From positions 864,001-928,000 of the forward strand of contig CAVXGK010000001.1 in the NCBI GenBank assembly GCA_963761305.1: 64,000 nt of DNA, in the 5' to 3' direction. The notes beneath the pieces were generated by a model that was not told the origin of the DNA, ran no database searches, and was given only the letters and a program-made list of their open reading frames with translations. The stretch is from an uncultured Gemmatimonadaceae bacterium. GTDB lineage: Bacteria; Gemmatimonadota; Gemmatimonadetes; Gemmatimonadales; Gemmatimonadaceae. Below are positions 20,697 through 31,333 of this stretch, piece by piece. The position numbers were made by a program, and so were the translations under genes. The first letter of the stretch is position 1, and every line of letters begins with the position of its first letter.

Positions 20697-22319
20697 TTGA
20701 GCAAGAAGCAGAAGCTGGAGTTGACGTGGGTCGGGAAGGATCAGCGACCGAATCTCGAGCTGAGGATTCTCATTGAGGATCCGACGTTTGTCATATCATG
20801 CGCCGCATCGTTCGAAGAGTGACCAGTTTTAACCGGCTTGTCTTCGGAGACAATCTTCTCGGCCTCAAAGCGCTCGAACACGAATTGGCTGGTCGCGTCA
20901 AATGCGTGTTCATTGATCCTCCGTATAACACGGGTAGCGCGTTCGAACACTACGATGATGGCGTCGAGCATTCGCTCTGGCTATCAATGATGAGTGATCG
21001 ACTAGAGCTGCTGCGCTATGATACTCTCAGAAGATGGCTCGATCTGGATCACACTCGACGACAACGATGCATGCACTACTGCAAGGTGCTTTGCGACGAG
21101 ATTTTTGGGAGCTCGAACTTTGTAGCTAACGTGATTTGGCAGAAGCTCCACGCGCGAAACAACTCGGCGCAATACCTCTCCGTCGATCACGACAACATTC
21201 TGGTATATGCGAAGGACTTGACATCGTGGGTCCGTAACAAGATCGGTAGAACGGAAGCGAGCGATGCAGACTTCTGGAATCCGGATAATGACCCTCGCGG
21301 ACAGTGGCGACGCTCGCATCTCACCGCGGCAAAGCCATACGCGGATGGCAAGTTCGAGGTAATCGGTCCACACGGCGACACTTTTCGACCGCGCGACAAC
21401 CGCTGGTGGAGCATCTCAATCGAGACATTCCGCGACTTGCAGGCTGATGATCGCGTCTGGTGGGGAAAGACCGGTCGGACCTTTCCTTTTCGCAAGCGTT
21501 TTCACTCGGAACTTGGTCAGCTTGTGCCGACAACTTTTTGGTCCAATGAGGACGTCGGCAACAACCGAGAAGCGAAACAAGAAAGCGCGAGCATCTTCGG
21601 CCGAGATAAGATCTTTTCGACGCCGAAACCGGAGCGTCTTCTCAACCGGATCATTCACATCGCCACAAACCCGGGCGACCTCGTTCTCGACTCCTTCGCC
21701 GGCTCCGGCACCACGGGCGCCGTCGCCCACAAGATGGGCCGCCGCTGGATCATGATCGAAATGGGCGAACACTGCCACACGCACATCATCCCGCGCCTGA
21801 AGAAAGTGATCGACGGCCAGGACCCAGGCGGCATCACCGAAGCCGTCGCGTGGAAGGGCGGCGGCGGCTTCCGCTACTACAATCTCGCCCCGTCGCTCAT
21901 CGACCAAGGACGCCTGGGGCAACTGGATCATCAACAAGGAGTACAACGCCGACGATGCTCGCCGAAGCCCTCTGCAAGCTCGAAGGGCTTCACCTACGCG
22001 CCGAGCGACACCGATCTACTGGCAGCAGGGCTGCTCCACCGAGCGCGACTTCCTCTACGTCACCACCGCCAACCTCGGCGCCGCCCAGCTCCACCAACTG
22101 AGCGACGACGTCGGCACGAGCCGCACGCTGCTCGTCCTCTGCACCGCCTTCCGCGGCGATACGGCCGAATTCTCAAACCTAACCGTCAGAAAGATCCCCA
22201 AGCACGTGCTCGACCGGTGTGAGTGGGGCCGCGACGACTACAGCCTAGCCGTCGCCAACCTCCCGCCCGCCCCGCCACCGCCGGGTCAGCAGGACCTCTT
22301 CGTCGAGGAACGGGCGTGA
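20697..22319 (+). CDS. mod: Type III restriction-modification methyltransferase (Mod, beta class; frameshifted)
   Basis: KQKLELTWVGK N-terminus, IDPPYNTG, GSIWITLDDN (shifted frame), TPKPERLL, DSFAGSGTT, CEWGRDDYSL C-terminus. Confidence 0.9.
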
Positions 22320-23365
22320 CCGACGCCGAGTCTCCGCCGCCCGGCACGGAGATCGTCCTCTACCGAACGGAGCGTGGAATCCGGATCGACGTCCGGCTCG
22401 ACGACGGCACCGTCTGGATCACCCAGGCCCAGATGGCCGAACTCTTCCAGACGACGCTGCAGAACGTAAACGCCCACCTCCTGGCCATTTACGACGAGCA
22501 GGAGCTTCCGGAAGAGGCAACTATCAAGTCCTACTTGATAGTTCGAACCGAAGGAAAACGGCGTGTAACCCGCTCGGTCCGGCATTACAACCTCGAGGCC
22601 ATTCTCGCGGTGGGCTATCGCGTACGATCGGCGCGAGGCACACAGTTCCGCCAGTGGGCGACGGCGCGGCTCCGGGAATACCTCGAGAAGGGCTTTGTCC
22701 TCGACGACGAACGGCTCCGAAATCCGCCCGCAGCCGGCGTTCCCGACTACTTCGACGAGCTCCTCGAGCGGATTCGCGACATCCGCGCGAGCGAGCGCCG
22801 CATGTATCTGCGCGTCCGCGACATCCTCGCACTCGCGGCAGACTACGATCCCTCCGTACCGGAGACACAGCGCTTCTTCCAGACCGTTCAGAACAAGCTC
22901 CACTTCTCCGTCACTGGCAAGACGGCTCCGGAACTGATCGCCGCGCGCGCCGACCACGTGCTTCCCAACATGGGTCTGACGACATGGAAAGGGGACGCCG
23001 TGCGAAAGAGCGACGTCACCGTCGCCAAGAACTACTTGAACGAGGACGAGATCAGAGAACTCAATCTCATTGTCGTAATGTTCCTCGACTTCGCGGAGGA
23101 CCAGGCTCGGCGCCGAAAACACGTCTTCATGCAAGACTGGTCGGCTCGGCTCGACGACTTCCTGCGCTTCAACGAGCGCCGCGTGCTCGACAACTCCGGC
23201 ACGGTCTCGCGCGAAGACGCTGGGCGCCGCGCGCACGACGAGTACGGCAAGTTCCAGGAGCGACGGCGTATCCAGGCGGACGAAGAAGCGGAGCGCCGGC
23301 ATCTCGAGGAGATCCGGCGCACGATTCAATCGCTGCCGCGATCGGCCACCGGGAAAAGCGAATGA
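22316..23365 (+). CDS. Virulence RhuM family protein
   Basis: TVWITQAQMAELFQ, YNLEAILAVGYRVRSARGTQFRQWAT, DYFDELLERIRDIRASE, VAKNYL. Confidence 0.93.
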   Translation: MTDAESPPPGTEIVLYRTERGIRIDVRLDDGTVWITQAQMAELFQTTLQNVNAHLLAIYDEQELPEEATIKSYLIVRTEGKRRVTRSVRHYNLEAILAVGYRVRSARGTQFRQWATARLREYLEKGFVLDDERLRNPPAAGVPDYFDELLERIRDIRASERRMYLRVRDILALAADYDPSVPETQRFFQTVQNKLHFSVTGKTAPELIAARADHVLPNMGLTTWKGDAVRKSDVTVAKNYLNEDEIRELNLIVVMFLDFAEDQARRRKHVFMQDWSARLDDFLRFNERRVLDNSGTVSREDAGRRAHDEYGKFQERRRIQADEEAERRHLEEIRRTIQSLPRSATGKSE

Positions 23366-26055
23366 ACCGCTACGTCAACGCGATCGCCGGCAGGTTGAGT
23401 CTTCGCGAGCCGCAACGAAAATCGCTCGAGATTCTGGACCACGTCGTGGAGATCGTGCCTGCCTCGAAGTCGGCTGATGTCACGGCGGCCCTGCGCACGA
23501 TCCAATCGGAGTTCCCGACGGTCACGGACTTCGAGCGCGACTTTCCTTCGCTGTGCTTCGCGCTCGCCACCGGTGTCGGCAAGACCCGACTCATGGGCGC
23601 GTTCATCACCTATCTACATCTGGCGCACGGGCATCGACAACTTCTTCGTTCTGGCGCCGAACCTCACGATCTACAACAAGCTGATCGCCGACTTCACGCC
23701 GAACACGCCGAAGTACGTGTTCAAGGGCATCGCTGAGTTCGCGACACATCCGCCGGAGATCATCACCGGCGACAACTACGAGGCGGCGCGCGGCGACGCT
23801 CTTCGATCAGATGCGTGCGCTGCAAGGTCAACATCTTCAACATCTCGAAGATCAACAGCGAGGTCCGCGGCGGCAAGGTCTCCGCGCATCAAGCGGCTGT
23901 CCGAGTACATCGGCGAGAGCTACTTCGAGTACCTGGCCGAACTTGACGGACCTGGTGCTGCTCATGGACGAGTCGCATCGCTATCGGGCGTCGGCCGGCG
24001 TGCGGGCGATCAACGAGTTGAAGCCGATCCTGGGCCTGGAACTGACGGCTACCCCGCAGGTCGAGGACGCGCAGCGGCGCAGTGCCATTCAAGAACGTGA
24101 TCTACAGCTATCCGCTCGCGCAAGGCCATGACGGATGGCTTCGTGAAAGAACCGGCGGTCGCCACGCGCAAGAATTTCGACGCCGCGGGCATACCGGACG
24201 ACGCGCTGGAGCGGCTCAAGCTCGAGGATGGCGTCCGCCTGCACGAGAGCGTCAAGGTCGAGCTGGAGATGTACGCCCGCGAGACAGAGCGCCGCGGTCG
24301 TGAAACCGTTCATGCTGGTGATCGCGAAGGACACGACGCACGCGGCCCAGTCTGGTCGCAACTGATCGAGTCCGATGCCTTCTTCGAGGGCCGGTATCAA
24401 GGACCAGCGTCATCGAGGTCCACTCGAGTCAGCACGGGCGACGAAGAGGACGACGATGATCGAGCAGCTGCTCACGGTCGAGGACGCCGACGAACCGACC
24501 GAGATCGTCATCCACGTCAACATGCTGAAGGAAGGCTGGGACGTCACCAACCTCTACACGATCGTCCCGCTGCGGCGCTGCCAACGCGCGCACGCTCGTC
24601 GAGCAGTCGATCGGCCGCGGACTGCGACTGCCCTACGGCAAGCGCACCGGCGTGGCGGCGGTGGACCGGCTCAACATCGTCGCGCACGATCGGTTTCAGG
24701 AGATCATCGACGAAGCAAACCGCCCGGACTCGCAGGTGCGGATGGCGACGGTTCTACTCGACGTGAGCCAACTTGCGGAACGAACGGAGAGCGTCGCGGC
24801 GCCGAGTCGCCTGGACATCGCTTTGGGCGCCGCGCCCGGGCCGTCGCTTGCCGGCGCGTTCGTCGTCGCGCCGGAACTCGTGTTCTCCAATCCGGAAGAG
24901 CAGCGCGTCGCCACAATCGCTAGCGCGGTTATTGAACGGCTCGCCTCGAATGCAACGGTTCTCCCGACATCCCGATATCTGTCGCAGCCGGAGGTTCAAG
25001 CCGAAATCGCGCGCGCGGTGCAAGCGGAGTATGAGCCCGCGCAGACGGAGCTTGCCATCGACGTTCGGTATCCCGACATCGCGGCGGTCGTGGCGAAAAC
25101 GGCTGCAGTCATCGAGAAGGAGACGATCGATATCCCGCGCATCCTCGTGGTGCCCAGAGGCGACATTCGCGCGCACTTCGAGCCGTTTGCGCTCGATCTC
25201 TCAGCGCTGCGCTACGCTCCGGTGTCGGAGGACCTCTATATCCAACACCTGCGGACCGGCAGGGTCGACGAACTAGCCGTGAGCGGCGGAGGCATCGAGG
25301 AGCAGAGTCTCGAGGCCTACGTCGTAGGCGGCCTGGTCGCGTTCGACGACGTGTCCTACGACGACAACGCGGAGCTTCTCTACGATCTCGCTGGGCAGGT
25401 CGTGAGTCATCTTCGCAGCTATTTGTCGGAGGAAGATACCCGTCGGGTGCTCCGCTATCACCAGCGCGAGATCGCACGATTCGTCCACGCCCAGATGCAG
25501 CCGCACTTTCACGAAGATGCCGCGAGCGGGTACGAGGTCGTGGTAAGCCGGGGCATCACACCGCTCAAGCCGAGCGCGTACACGGCGACGGTGTCGGCCG
25601 GAGTGCGCGACTATCGTTTCTCGCCGGACGACAAGGCCAACATCGCGAAGTACTTGTTCGGCGGGTTCACGAAGTGTCTCTACGACGTTCAGAAGTTCCA
25701 GTCCGACCCTGAGCGCGTGATGGCGTCTATCCTGGAACGCGACGCCCGGAAGTGGATGCGCCCGGCGAAGGGTCAATTCCAGATGTACTATCACTCGGGG
25801 GCGAACCACGCCGAGTACCAACCCGACTTCGTGGCCGAAACGGACGACTCGGTGCTTATGATCGAAGTGAAGGCGAGGGCCGACCTCGGCGACGCCGATG
25901 TGATCGCGAAGGGCGAAGCCGGGCGCGAATGGTGTGAACGGGCGACTGGGTTCGTGACCCGGCACAGCGGCAAGCCGTGGGAGTACGTGCTCATCCCGCA
26001 CGACGCCGTGTTGCTCAACTCGTCGCTCGCAAGCTTGGCGCAGCGCTTTGGCTAG
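23362..26055 (+). CDS. res: Type III restriction endonuclease Res subunit (frameshifted)
   Basis: LSLREPQ, LATGVGKT, MDESHRY, ELTATP, NMLKEGWDV, and a C-terminal YQPDF...IEVKA PD-(D/E)xK nuclease motif. Confidence 0.88.
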
Positions 26056-28156
26056 TAGCGAGCAGGTTCTGTCGCCGCGACAGGCGCAATGGTCGATCGA
26101 TGACCACTCGCTAGAGCGATTTGTCCGGGCCCTCTCACAGCCGGCGTCCTCCGACGAGTGGTTTCGCGTCCGGCGCTCTGCCGAAGAGTTGGCGCTATTA
26201 CCAGGATTCGACACGCTGATCGCACTCGACCACAATCGCATCGAAGAGTTGCCGCATCAGATCGACGTCGCCATGCGGGTGCTACGCCACATGGGCGGCC
26301 GTGCCCTGCTCGCCGACGAGGTTGGCCTTGGGAAGACGATCGAGGCTGGCCTCATTCTCAAAGAGTTGGCCGTGCGCGGCCTCGCGCGCCGCATCCTGAT
26401 CCTCACGCCCGCCGCGCTAGTCGATCAGTGGTGCGGCGAGCTCGAATCGAAGTTCTTCGAGGAGTTCGAGACGCCGCACGATCCCGACGATTGGCGGCGC
26501 GCGAATCGGGCGATCGCCTCCTACAACCTTGCCGTGCAGAAACGGCAGCAGGAGGCGATTCTCGCGGAGCCGTGGGATCTCGTGATCCTCGACGAAGCTC
26601 ACAAGGTCAAGAACGCTCAGGCGGCCACTTACAAGTTCATCTCGCAGATCCGCCGCAACTACATCCTGCTGCTCACGGCCACTCCGCTCCAGAACGACCT
26701 CCGAGAGCTCTACAACCTGGTCACGCTGCTGCGCCCGGGCCAGCTCGGAACGTGGAAGAACTTTTCTGTCAAGTATCTCGTTCGTGGCGATCGGCGGCGC
26801 GTGAAGAATCCGGCTTTGCTCAAGGACCTCACGTCGCAAGTGATGGTTCGCACTCGGCGGTCCAGCGTGGCACACACGCTGGCGCTCCCGAAACGGCTGC
26901 CACGACATCCGCAAGTCGATCTGACGCTGGAAGAACGGACGCTGTACGATGCGACGGTGGGGCTGCTGCGCGATCTCTACGCCCGAGGCTTCATCCAGAT
27001 CACGCGCGCGGAGGCCGAGGAGGACGCCCGGCGGCGCAATCGACGCACGGGCAAAGGCATCATGAGCCTGGAGATCATCCGCCTGTGCCAACGCCTCTGT
27101 TCGTCCTCGGCCGCGTTGAGCGACTCGCTGCACCACCTCGCTCAGGGTGAGCTCGTCTCGCCGCAGTATCGCACGAAGTCGCTGGAATTGGCGGCGAAGG
27201 CCAGGGCGACACGGGAGCATGGAAAGATCCGTGCGCTCCAACGCGTCCTCGAGGAACATCGTGAACACGTCATCGTGTTCTCGGAGCACCTGCCGACGCT
27301 CCATGTAATCCGCGAACATGTGATGCAGCACGGGCGCCAGCCCATCGTCTACAAGGGAGGATTGTCGCGGGCCGAGCGCGCGAAGCAGCTCAAGCTCTTC
27401 GAGCAATCAAGGAACGGTGTGCTCATTTCGACCGCGCGGGTACTGAAGGCTTGAACTTGCAGTTCTGCAACGTGCTCGTGAACTACGAGCTGCCATGGAA
27501 TCCGATGATCGTGGAGCAGCGCATCGGTCGTATTCACCGAATCGGCCAGAAACGCGACGCGCACATCATCAGCCTGGCGGCCGAGGGCACGATCGAGGCA
27601 CATGTGCTCACGCTGCTCGACAAGAAGATCAAATTGTTCGAGCTCGTCGTCGGTGAGCTTGACGTGATACTCGGCGATTTCGGCGGCGCGGAAACCATGG
27701 AACAACGCGTCACCGCCGAGTTCCTGAAGGCCAATAGTGAGCGCGAGCTCTCGACGGCGTCGATGCGATCGGCGATGACATCGCCCGCAGTCGGTCGCGG
27801 GTCTCGACCAAGAACGCCTCAACTCGGACGTGAGCGGCGATGACAACGCGATGCGCCTCGAGCGGGAGTTCGCGCATCTGCCGATACCGGCTCGCGTCCG
27901 GCTCGGCTTCGGTACGAAACACCTGGACATCGTCGAAGGAATTCGCGCGAGACAGGAGACGCTGGTCATCGCCGCCGCGGAGATCCTCGAGGCACTCGAG
28001 GGCGCGGATGTTCGCGGGTCGCGGCAGTCCAGAGAGTATGGCTCGCTGGTTTGGATCCACGGCGTGACGAGGCGCGGACGCGGGATCGACTTTGAGGTTC
28101 GGGCGGATCGGTTGCCCATGCTGCTCGTCACGCTCAACGCGGCCCCCGCGGGATGA
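26048..28156 (+). CDS. Second SNF2-family helicase, YqhH-like (frameshifts at ~27435 and ~27760-27800; may include the 27830-28156 ORF as its C-terminus)
   Basis: [84 protein letters not shown]. Confidence 0.85.
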
Positions 28157-30264
28157 CCGCGCCGACCTCGCAGATTCGCCAGATCGCCTCGGCGACCGAC
28201 CGTCGCATCCTGTCGCTTCTCGACGGATACGTGGCGCTCGCTGGCGGCAGCCTGACGCTGCTCGAGACTGATCTCTACCAGCTCAACGTTCCAAAGGGCG
28301 ACGAGGGACGATTCGGCGGGCGCTCGGTCGTGCGCCTGGCGTTCACCGTCGACGCGCTCGAGCTCGACGATCGCGCCGAGATGGCCATCGTCGGCGGCTC
28401 GTTCGTGAACGAATTGATCGACGCGATTCGCGGGCGCGGGTCGCGGCTTCTCGCCGGCTGGCTGGTTCCCCAGGCGGCGAGATCCGACGCCAAGACGCGC
28501 CTGCCGGTGCCGGTGAGGAATGGCGCCGTCTCGGAGGCGCAGTCGTCGCTGGCGCGACATCGCGTGGGTCGTCTCACGGCGCGCGTGGCTATTCGCGCGG
28601 GGACCGAGCTCAAAGAGCGGCTCGAGGATTCGAGTCTCTACGATCTGTGCAGTGGCATCGCGCTGCCTCGAGACGTCGCGGCCGCCTGCCCGTCGGCCCC
28701 GCCTCCGGAGGCGGTGACCGAGTACTGGCGGTCGATGGAGTCGGCACCGACCCAGAGGATGTCGGCTCTCGTCGAGAAGATGCTCGGCGATCTCGACGCG
28801 AGGCTGCGCTCGGAAATCGAAGAGGTGGCACGCGGCGCCGAGCGCTCGCTCGCGGAGGAGGTACAGCGAATCGACCGGTACTACACGGCGATGCTTCATG
28901 ACACTGGAGATGCGGACTCACAGCGCGCGATCGTGGCGGAGCATCGCCGCCGCGCGGAGGAAGAGCGGGACCGCCACGCGGTTCGCGCCGTCGTCCACCC
29001 GGTGCAGTTGACCGAGTGGGAGATGATCGCGGAGCGCGCGACTTGGAAGCTCAACACACGGACCGGTCACGAAGCGTACTTCACGGCGCAGCGGCCGCTC
29101 GCCGGGGCTGCCGTCTGGGTATTCGGCTGCGAGACGTGCGGAACGTCGTCGCCTCGGGGGCTCCACGTCTGTCTCCGTGACCATGTCGCGTGCGACGCCT
29201 GTTCTGCCGCGTGCGCAGTCTGCGCGCAGCACTACTGTCGTGAGCACGGCATCACCGGATGCCACGTCGATGGCAAGCCGGCCTGCGACGAACACGCCAG
29301 GATGTGCTCAGTCTGCCGCCGCGCGCACTGTTCGGTTCACGAAGGCACCTGCTCAAACGGCGGCCACGCTGCCTGTTCAAGCTGCCTTGGATCGTGCGCC
29401 ATCTGCGGTCGCGTCGTGTGCAACACTCACGCCTTGGAGAGCCGCTCCGACGCGCCGAAAGGCGCGCGCCGGTTCTGCCAGACGTGCGCGGTCTCCTGTG
29501 AAGGCGGCGTCGCCGAGATCGTTGGCCCTGATGAAGTCACGGACTGCGCGAGCTGCGAGCGTGTCGTTTGTGAGCGCCATCGATCCATCTGCGCCGTTGA
29601 CAGAAAGGTGCATTGTTCGAGGCACCTGCGGCGAACCGATCGATCGCGCCGGCTCGTCTGTGAGCACGATCGGGTGGCGTGCTCGCACGAAGCGAACGCC
29701 GTTTTCGCGCGAGACGAGGTCGCCGCGTGTGCCACGTGCGGACGCATCAACTGCTATGAACATCTGGTGAAGTGCGTCGTCGATGGGCTGGGCCATTGCC
29801 CCATGCATCTAGCCGCCGTCAGCGACAAGCCCGGGGCGTTCGTTTGTGACCCGCACCGCTCGAACTGCCACGTAGACGGTCGGCCCTACACCATCGAGGG
29901 CACGAGCACGTGTCCCTCCTGCGGGCGCCTGGCGTGTGCGCAACACAACCGCGAATGTGAAAGCTGCCGGAGGACCATTTGCACGATGGATTTCTCGGCC
30001 GGACGTCCGAAGCGGTGCGCGACCTGCGAGAAGCTCGCGCCCGAGTCTGACGCTCCTCGCGAAATCATCGCGGCGGCGCGGGCCCTGCGCGGAGAAACTG
30101 CCTCGCGGCCGAAGGCGTGGAGGATGGCACGCGATGCCCGGCATCTGGTCGCGGAGATCGAGCTTGGCTGGACTCGCCGGCTCGTCTTCGCCGTCCCGCA
30201 CGGGCAGGCTCGGGCCGAGCGGGCAGTAGCTCACTCTGCGCTCGGCTCGCGCGTCGTGCGCTGA
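28153..30264 (+). CDS. 703-aa protein: YqhG-like N-terminal region, long Cys/His repeat (putative zinc-binding) array, short basic C-terminal domain
   Basis: Intact ORF with ATGA overlap; about 44 Cys in ~300 aa arranged as C-x2-C/D-x4-C-x2-H repeats; no CxxCH; no signal peptide. Confidence 0.8.
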   Translation: MTAPTSQIRQIASATDRRILSLLDGYVALAGGSLTLLETDLYQLNVPKGDEGRFGGRSVVRLAFTVDALELDDRAEMAIVGGSFVNELIDAIRGRGSRLLAGWLVPQAARSDAKTRLPVPVRNGAVSEAQSSLARHRVGRLTARVAIRAGTELKERLEDSSLYDLCSGIALPRDVAAACPSAPPPEAVTEYWRSMESAPTQRMSALVEKMLGDLDARLRSEIEEVARGAERSLAEEVQRIDRYYTAMLHDTGDADSQRAIVAEHRRRAEEERDRHAVRAVVHPVQLTEWEMIAERATWKLNTRTGHEAYFTAQRPLAGAAVWVFGCETCGTSSPRGLHVCLRDHVACDACSAACAVCAQHYCREHGITGCHVDGKPACDEHARMCSVCRRAHCSVHEGTCSNGGHAACSSCLGSCAICGRVVCNTHALESRSDAPKGARRFCQTCAVSCEGGVAEIVGPDEVTDCASCERVVCERHRSICAVDRKVHCSRHLRRTDRSRRLVCEHDRVACSHEANAVFARDEVAACATCGRINCYEHLVKCVVDGLGHCPMHLAAVSDKPGAFVCDPHRSNCHVDGRPYTIEGTSTCPSCGRLACAQHNRECESCRRTICTMDFSAGRPKRCATCEKLAPESDAPREIIAAARALRGETASRPKAWRMARDARHLVAEIELGWTRRLVFAVPHGQARAERAVAHSALGSRVVR

Positions 30265-30315
30265 GTCAACCCGCCTGAGCCACTGTGGCGTTCGCCGCCT
30301 CTGAAATCTGGCGCG

Positions 30316-31299
30316 CTACGCGCCGGAGTTGATCATCTTCGCGGCCTCGCGCGCGAAGTACGTGATGATCACGTCCGCGCCGGCCCGCCGAATACCCAGG
30401 AGCGAGTCCATCATCACGCGCTCCCCGTCGATCCAGCCGCGCTGCGCGGCCGCCTGAATCATAGCGTACTCGCCGCTCACCTGAAACGCGGCGAGGGGAT
30501 AGCCGGTCTCGTGCTTCACGCGATGGATGACGTCGAGGAACGGACCCGCCGGCTTTACCATCACCATGTCCGCGCCTTCGTCGATGTCGAGACGGACCTC
30601 GCGGAGCGCTTCGTCGGAATTGCCGGAATCCATTTGATAGCCGCGCCGGTCGCCGAACTGCGGCGTCGACTCGGCCGCCTCGCGAAACGGCCCGTAGAAC
30701 GGCCCCGCGAACTTCGCGGCGTAGCTCAGGATGGGCGTGTCGCTGAAGCCGTCGGCGTCGAGCGCCGCGCGAATCACGCGCACGCGCCCGTCCATCATGT
30801 CGCTGGGCGCCACGATGTCGGCGCCGGCGCGCGCGTGCGACACCGACTCGCGCGCCAACAGCTCGAGCGTCGCGTCGTTGTCGACGACACCGTCGCGGAG
30901 CACGCCGCAGTGGCCGTGCTCCGTGTACTCGCACAGGCACACGTCGGTGATAACGACGAGGTCGGGCACGTCGCGCTTGAGCGCGCGCACTGCCTGCTGC
31001 ACCGGCGCGTCGTCATTCCAGGCTTCGGATCCGGTCGCGTCTTTGTGATCGGGAATCCCGAACAGAATCACCCCGCCGATCCCCGCATGCACCGCCAGCC
31101 GCGCATCGATCACCAGCTCGTCGACCGACGTCTGAAACACGCCCGGCATCGAGTCGATCGAGCGACGGACTTTGGTGCCGGATCGGACGAAGAGCGGCAG
31201 CACCAGCTGCGACGCGCGAAGCGACGTTTCGCGGATGAGACGGCGAAGCGGTTCGGTGCGACGCAGCCGGCGAGGACGGAAGGCAGGAAACTCAGGCAT
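30316..31299 (-). CDS. hemB: Porphobilinogen synthase
   Basis: [48 protein letters not shown]. Confidence 0.97.
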   Translation of the reverse strand: MPEFPAFRPRRLRRTEPLRRLIRETSLRASQLVLPLFVRSGTKVRRSIDSMPGVFQTSVDELVIDARLAVHAGIGGVILFGIPDHKDATGSEAWNDDAPVQQAVRALKRDVPDLVVITDVCLCEYTEHGHCGVLRDGVVDNDATLELLARESVSHARAGADIVAPSDMMDGRVRVIRAALDADGFSDTPILSYAAKFAGPFYGPFREAAESTPQFGDRRGYQMDSGNSDEALREVRLDIDEGADMVMVKPAGPFLDVIHRVKHETGYPLAAFQVSGEYAMIQAAAQRGWIDGERVMMDSLLGIRRAGADVIITYFAREAAKMINSGA

Positions 31300-31333
31300 G
31301 GCGCCGAAAAGCTAACTCGGCAGCCGCCCGCCG

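Larger units (their letters stand above)
17789..30264 (+). other. Defence-type island: SNF2 helicase, type III Mod, RhuM, type III Res, second SNF2 helicase, Cys/His-rich protein
   Basis: Six co-oriented genes, most with overlapping stop/start codons, between the aldo/keto reductase gene and hemB; no integrase or att site seen. Confidence 0.8.

Noticed and set aside
20697..22319. Phase-variable mod (phasevarion)
   Set aside because: No simple sequence repeat tract; the frameshifts are scattered indels also present in neighbouring genes
29128..30027. Multihaem cytochrome interpretation of the Cys/His-rich region
   Set aside because: No CxxCH motif (CxxC is never followed directly by His) and no export signal
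17789..30264. DISARM, BREX or Zorya assignment
   Set aside because: No DrmA/DrmB/PLD, PglZ/BrxC or ZorA/ZorB-like genes seen; the methylase and helicase-nuclease are type III Mod/Res-like
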